Below, piece by piece: positions 63,271 to 64,000 of a DNA stretch of 64,000 bases; the stretch's first letter is position 1; each line of letters starts with the position of its first letter. Made by a program: the position numbers and the translations under genes. Location of the stretch: contig CM082595.2 of assembly GCA_040954595.2 (NCBI GenBank), positions 767,690 through 831,689 on the forward strand. The letters run 5' to 3'. The DNA is from Balanoglossus misakiensis. Taxonomy: Eukaryota; Animalia; Hemichordata. Under the pieces are notes generated by a model, which was not told the origin of the DNA, made no database searches, and saw nothing but the letters and a program-made list of their open reading frames with translations.

Positions 63271-64000
63271 CATGGGCCGATCCATGGACCGTGTTTTTCG
63301 GATTGTTCGAGAGTTTTCACAACTTAAAAGTTTTATTTCACACTCGCCATTTCATTAGAAGGTGTGGGTTAAAATATAAAGTCGATAGTCGTACATTTGT
63401 AAAAAATAAACAAAAGTGAGGAAAATGTAAACGTGTTGAGGGCGCTAGAAACATAGCCGGCCACCCCCAGATTGAATAGAACAATCTCTTCCGCAAAGGA
63501 CTCTGGGATCAATGGCGGCCGGTCCATGGCCCGATCCATGGACCGTGTTTTTCGGGTTGTCCGAGAGTTTTTACAACTTAAAAGTTTTATTTTACACTCG
63601 CCATTTCATTAAAAGGTGTGGGTTACAATATAAAGTCGATAGTCGTACATTTGTAAAAAATAAACAAAAGTGAGGAAAATGTAAACGTGTTGGGGGCGCT
63701 AGAAACATAGCCGGACACCGCCATTTTGAATAGAACAATCTCTTCCGCAAAGGACTCTGGGTTCAATGGCGGCCATTCCGTGGCCCGATCCATGGACCGT
63801 GTTTTTCGGGTTGTCCGAGAGTTTTTACAACTTAAAAGTTTTATTTCACACTCGCCATTTCATTAGAAGGTGTGGGTTAAAATATAAAGTCGATAGTCGT
63901 ACATTTGTAAAAAATAAACAAAAGTGAGGAAAATGTAAATGTGTTGAGGGCGCTAGAAACATAACCGGACACCCCAGGTTAACGGTTGAAAATAGAACAA
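63200..64000 (-). repeat. Right arm of foldback repeat: >=3 reverse-orientation copies of the ~254-bp monomer, running off the window
   Basis: Sequence is the reverse complement of 61215-61710, e.g. gagggcgctagaaacatagccgg vs ccggctatgtttctagcgccctc. Confidence 0.92.

Noticed and set aside
61560-63285. Seven near-identical 69-77-aa ORFs
   Set aside because: Non-ATG starts, no recognisable domain; products of the 244-bp repeat.

Overview
Eukaryotic (intron-containing) animal DNA, most consistent with an invertebrate deuterostome such as a hemichordate, echinoderm or cephalochordate; this taxon call is inferred from gene content only. Bases 1-~20045 are a satellite array built from two related monomers (88 bp type A and 87 bp type B) that switches orientation four times. 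Two of the switches sit on the same 55-bp unique spacer. Bases ~20.1-60.5 kb are a compact island of ten spliced genes: a secreted YHYH-domain protein, a stand-alone NHL-repeat protein, two tandem CYP2-clan P450s, TARDBP (TDP-43), a PR/SET C2H2 zinc-finger gene head-to-head with PSMB6, a short-chain collagen C4-like gene, a proteinase K/subtilisin-like gene lacking all three catalytic residues, and XXYLT1 with a long Gln-rich stem. Several small MITEs lie among them, one carrying inverted TTAGGG tracts. From ~61.2 kb to the end is a second, unrelated repeat forming a large foldback whose inversion centre is present seven times at 244-bp spacing. Exon boundaries were read by eye from GT/AG signals and frame continuity; no database searches were run.
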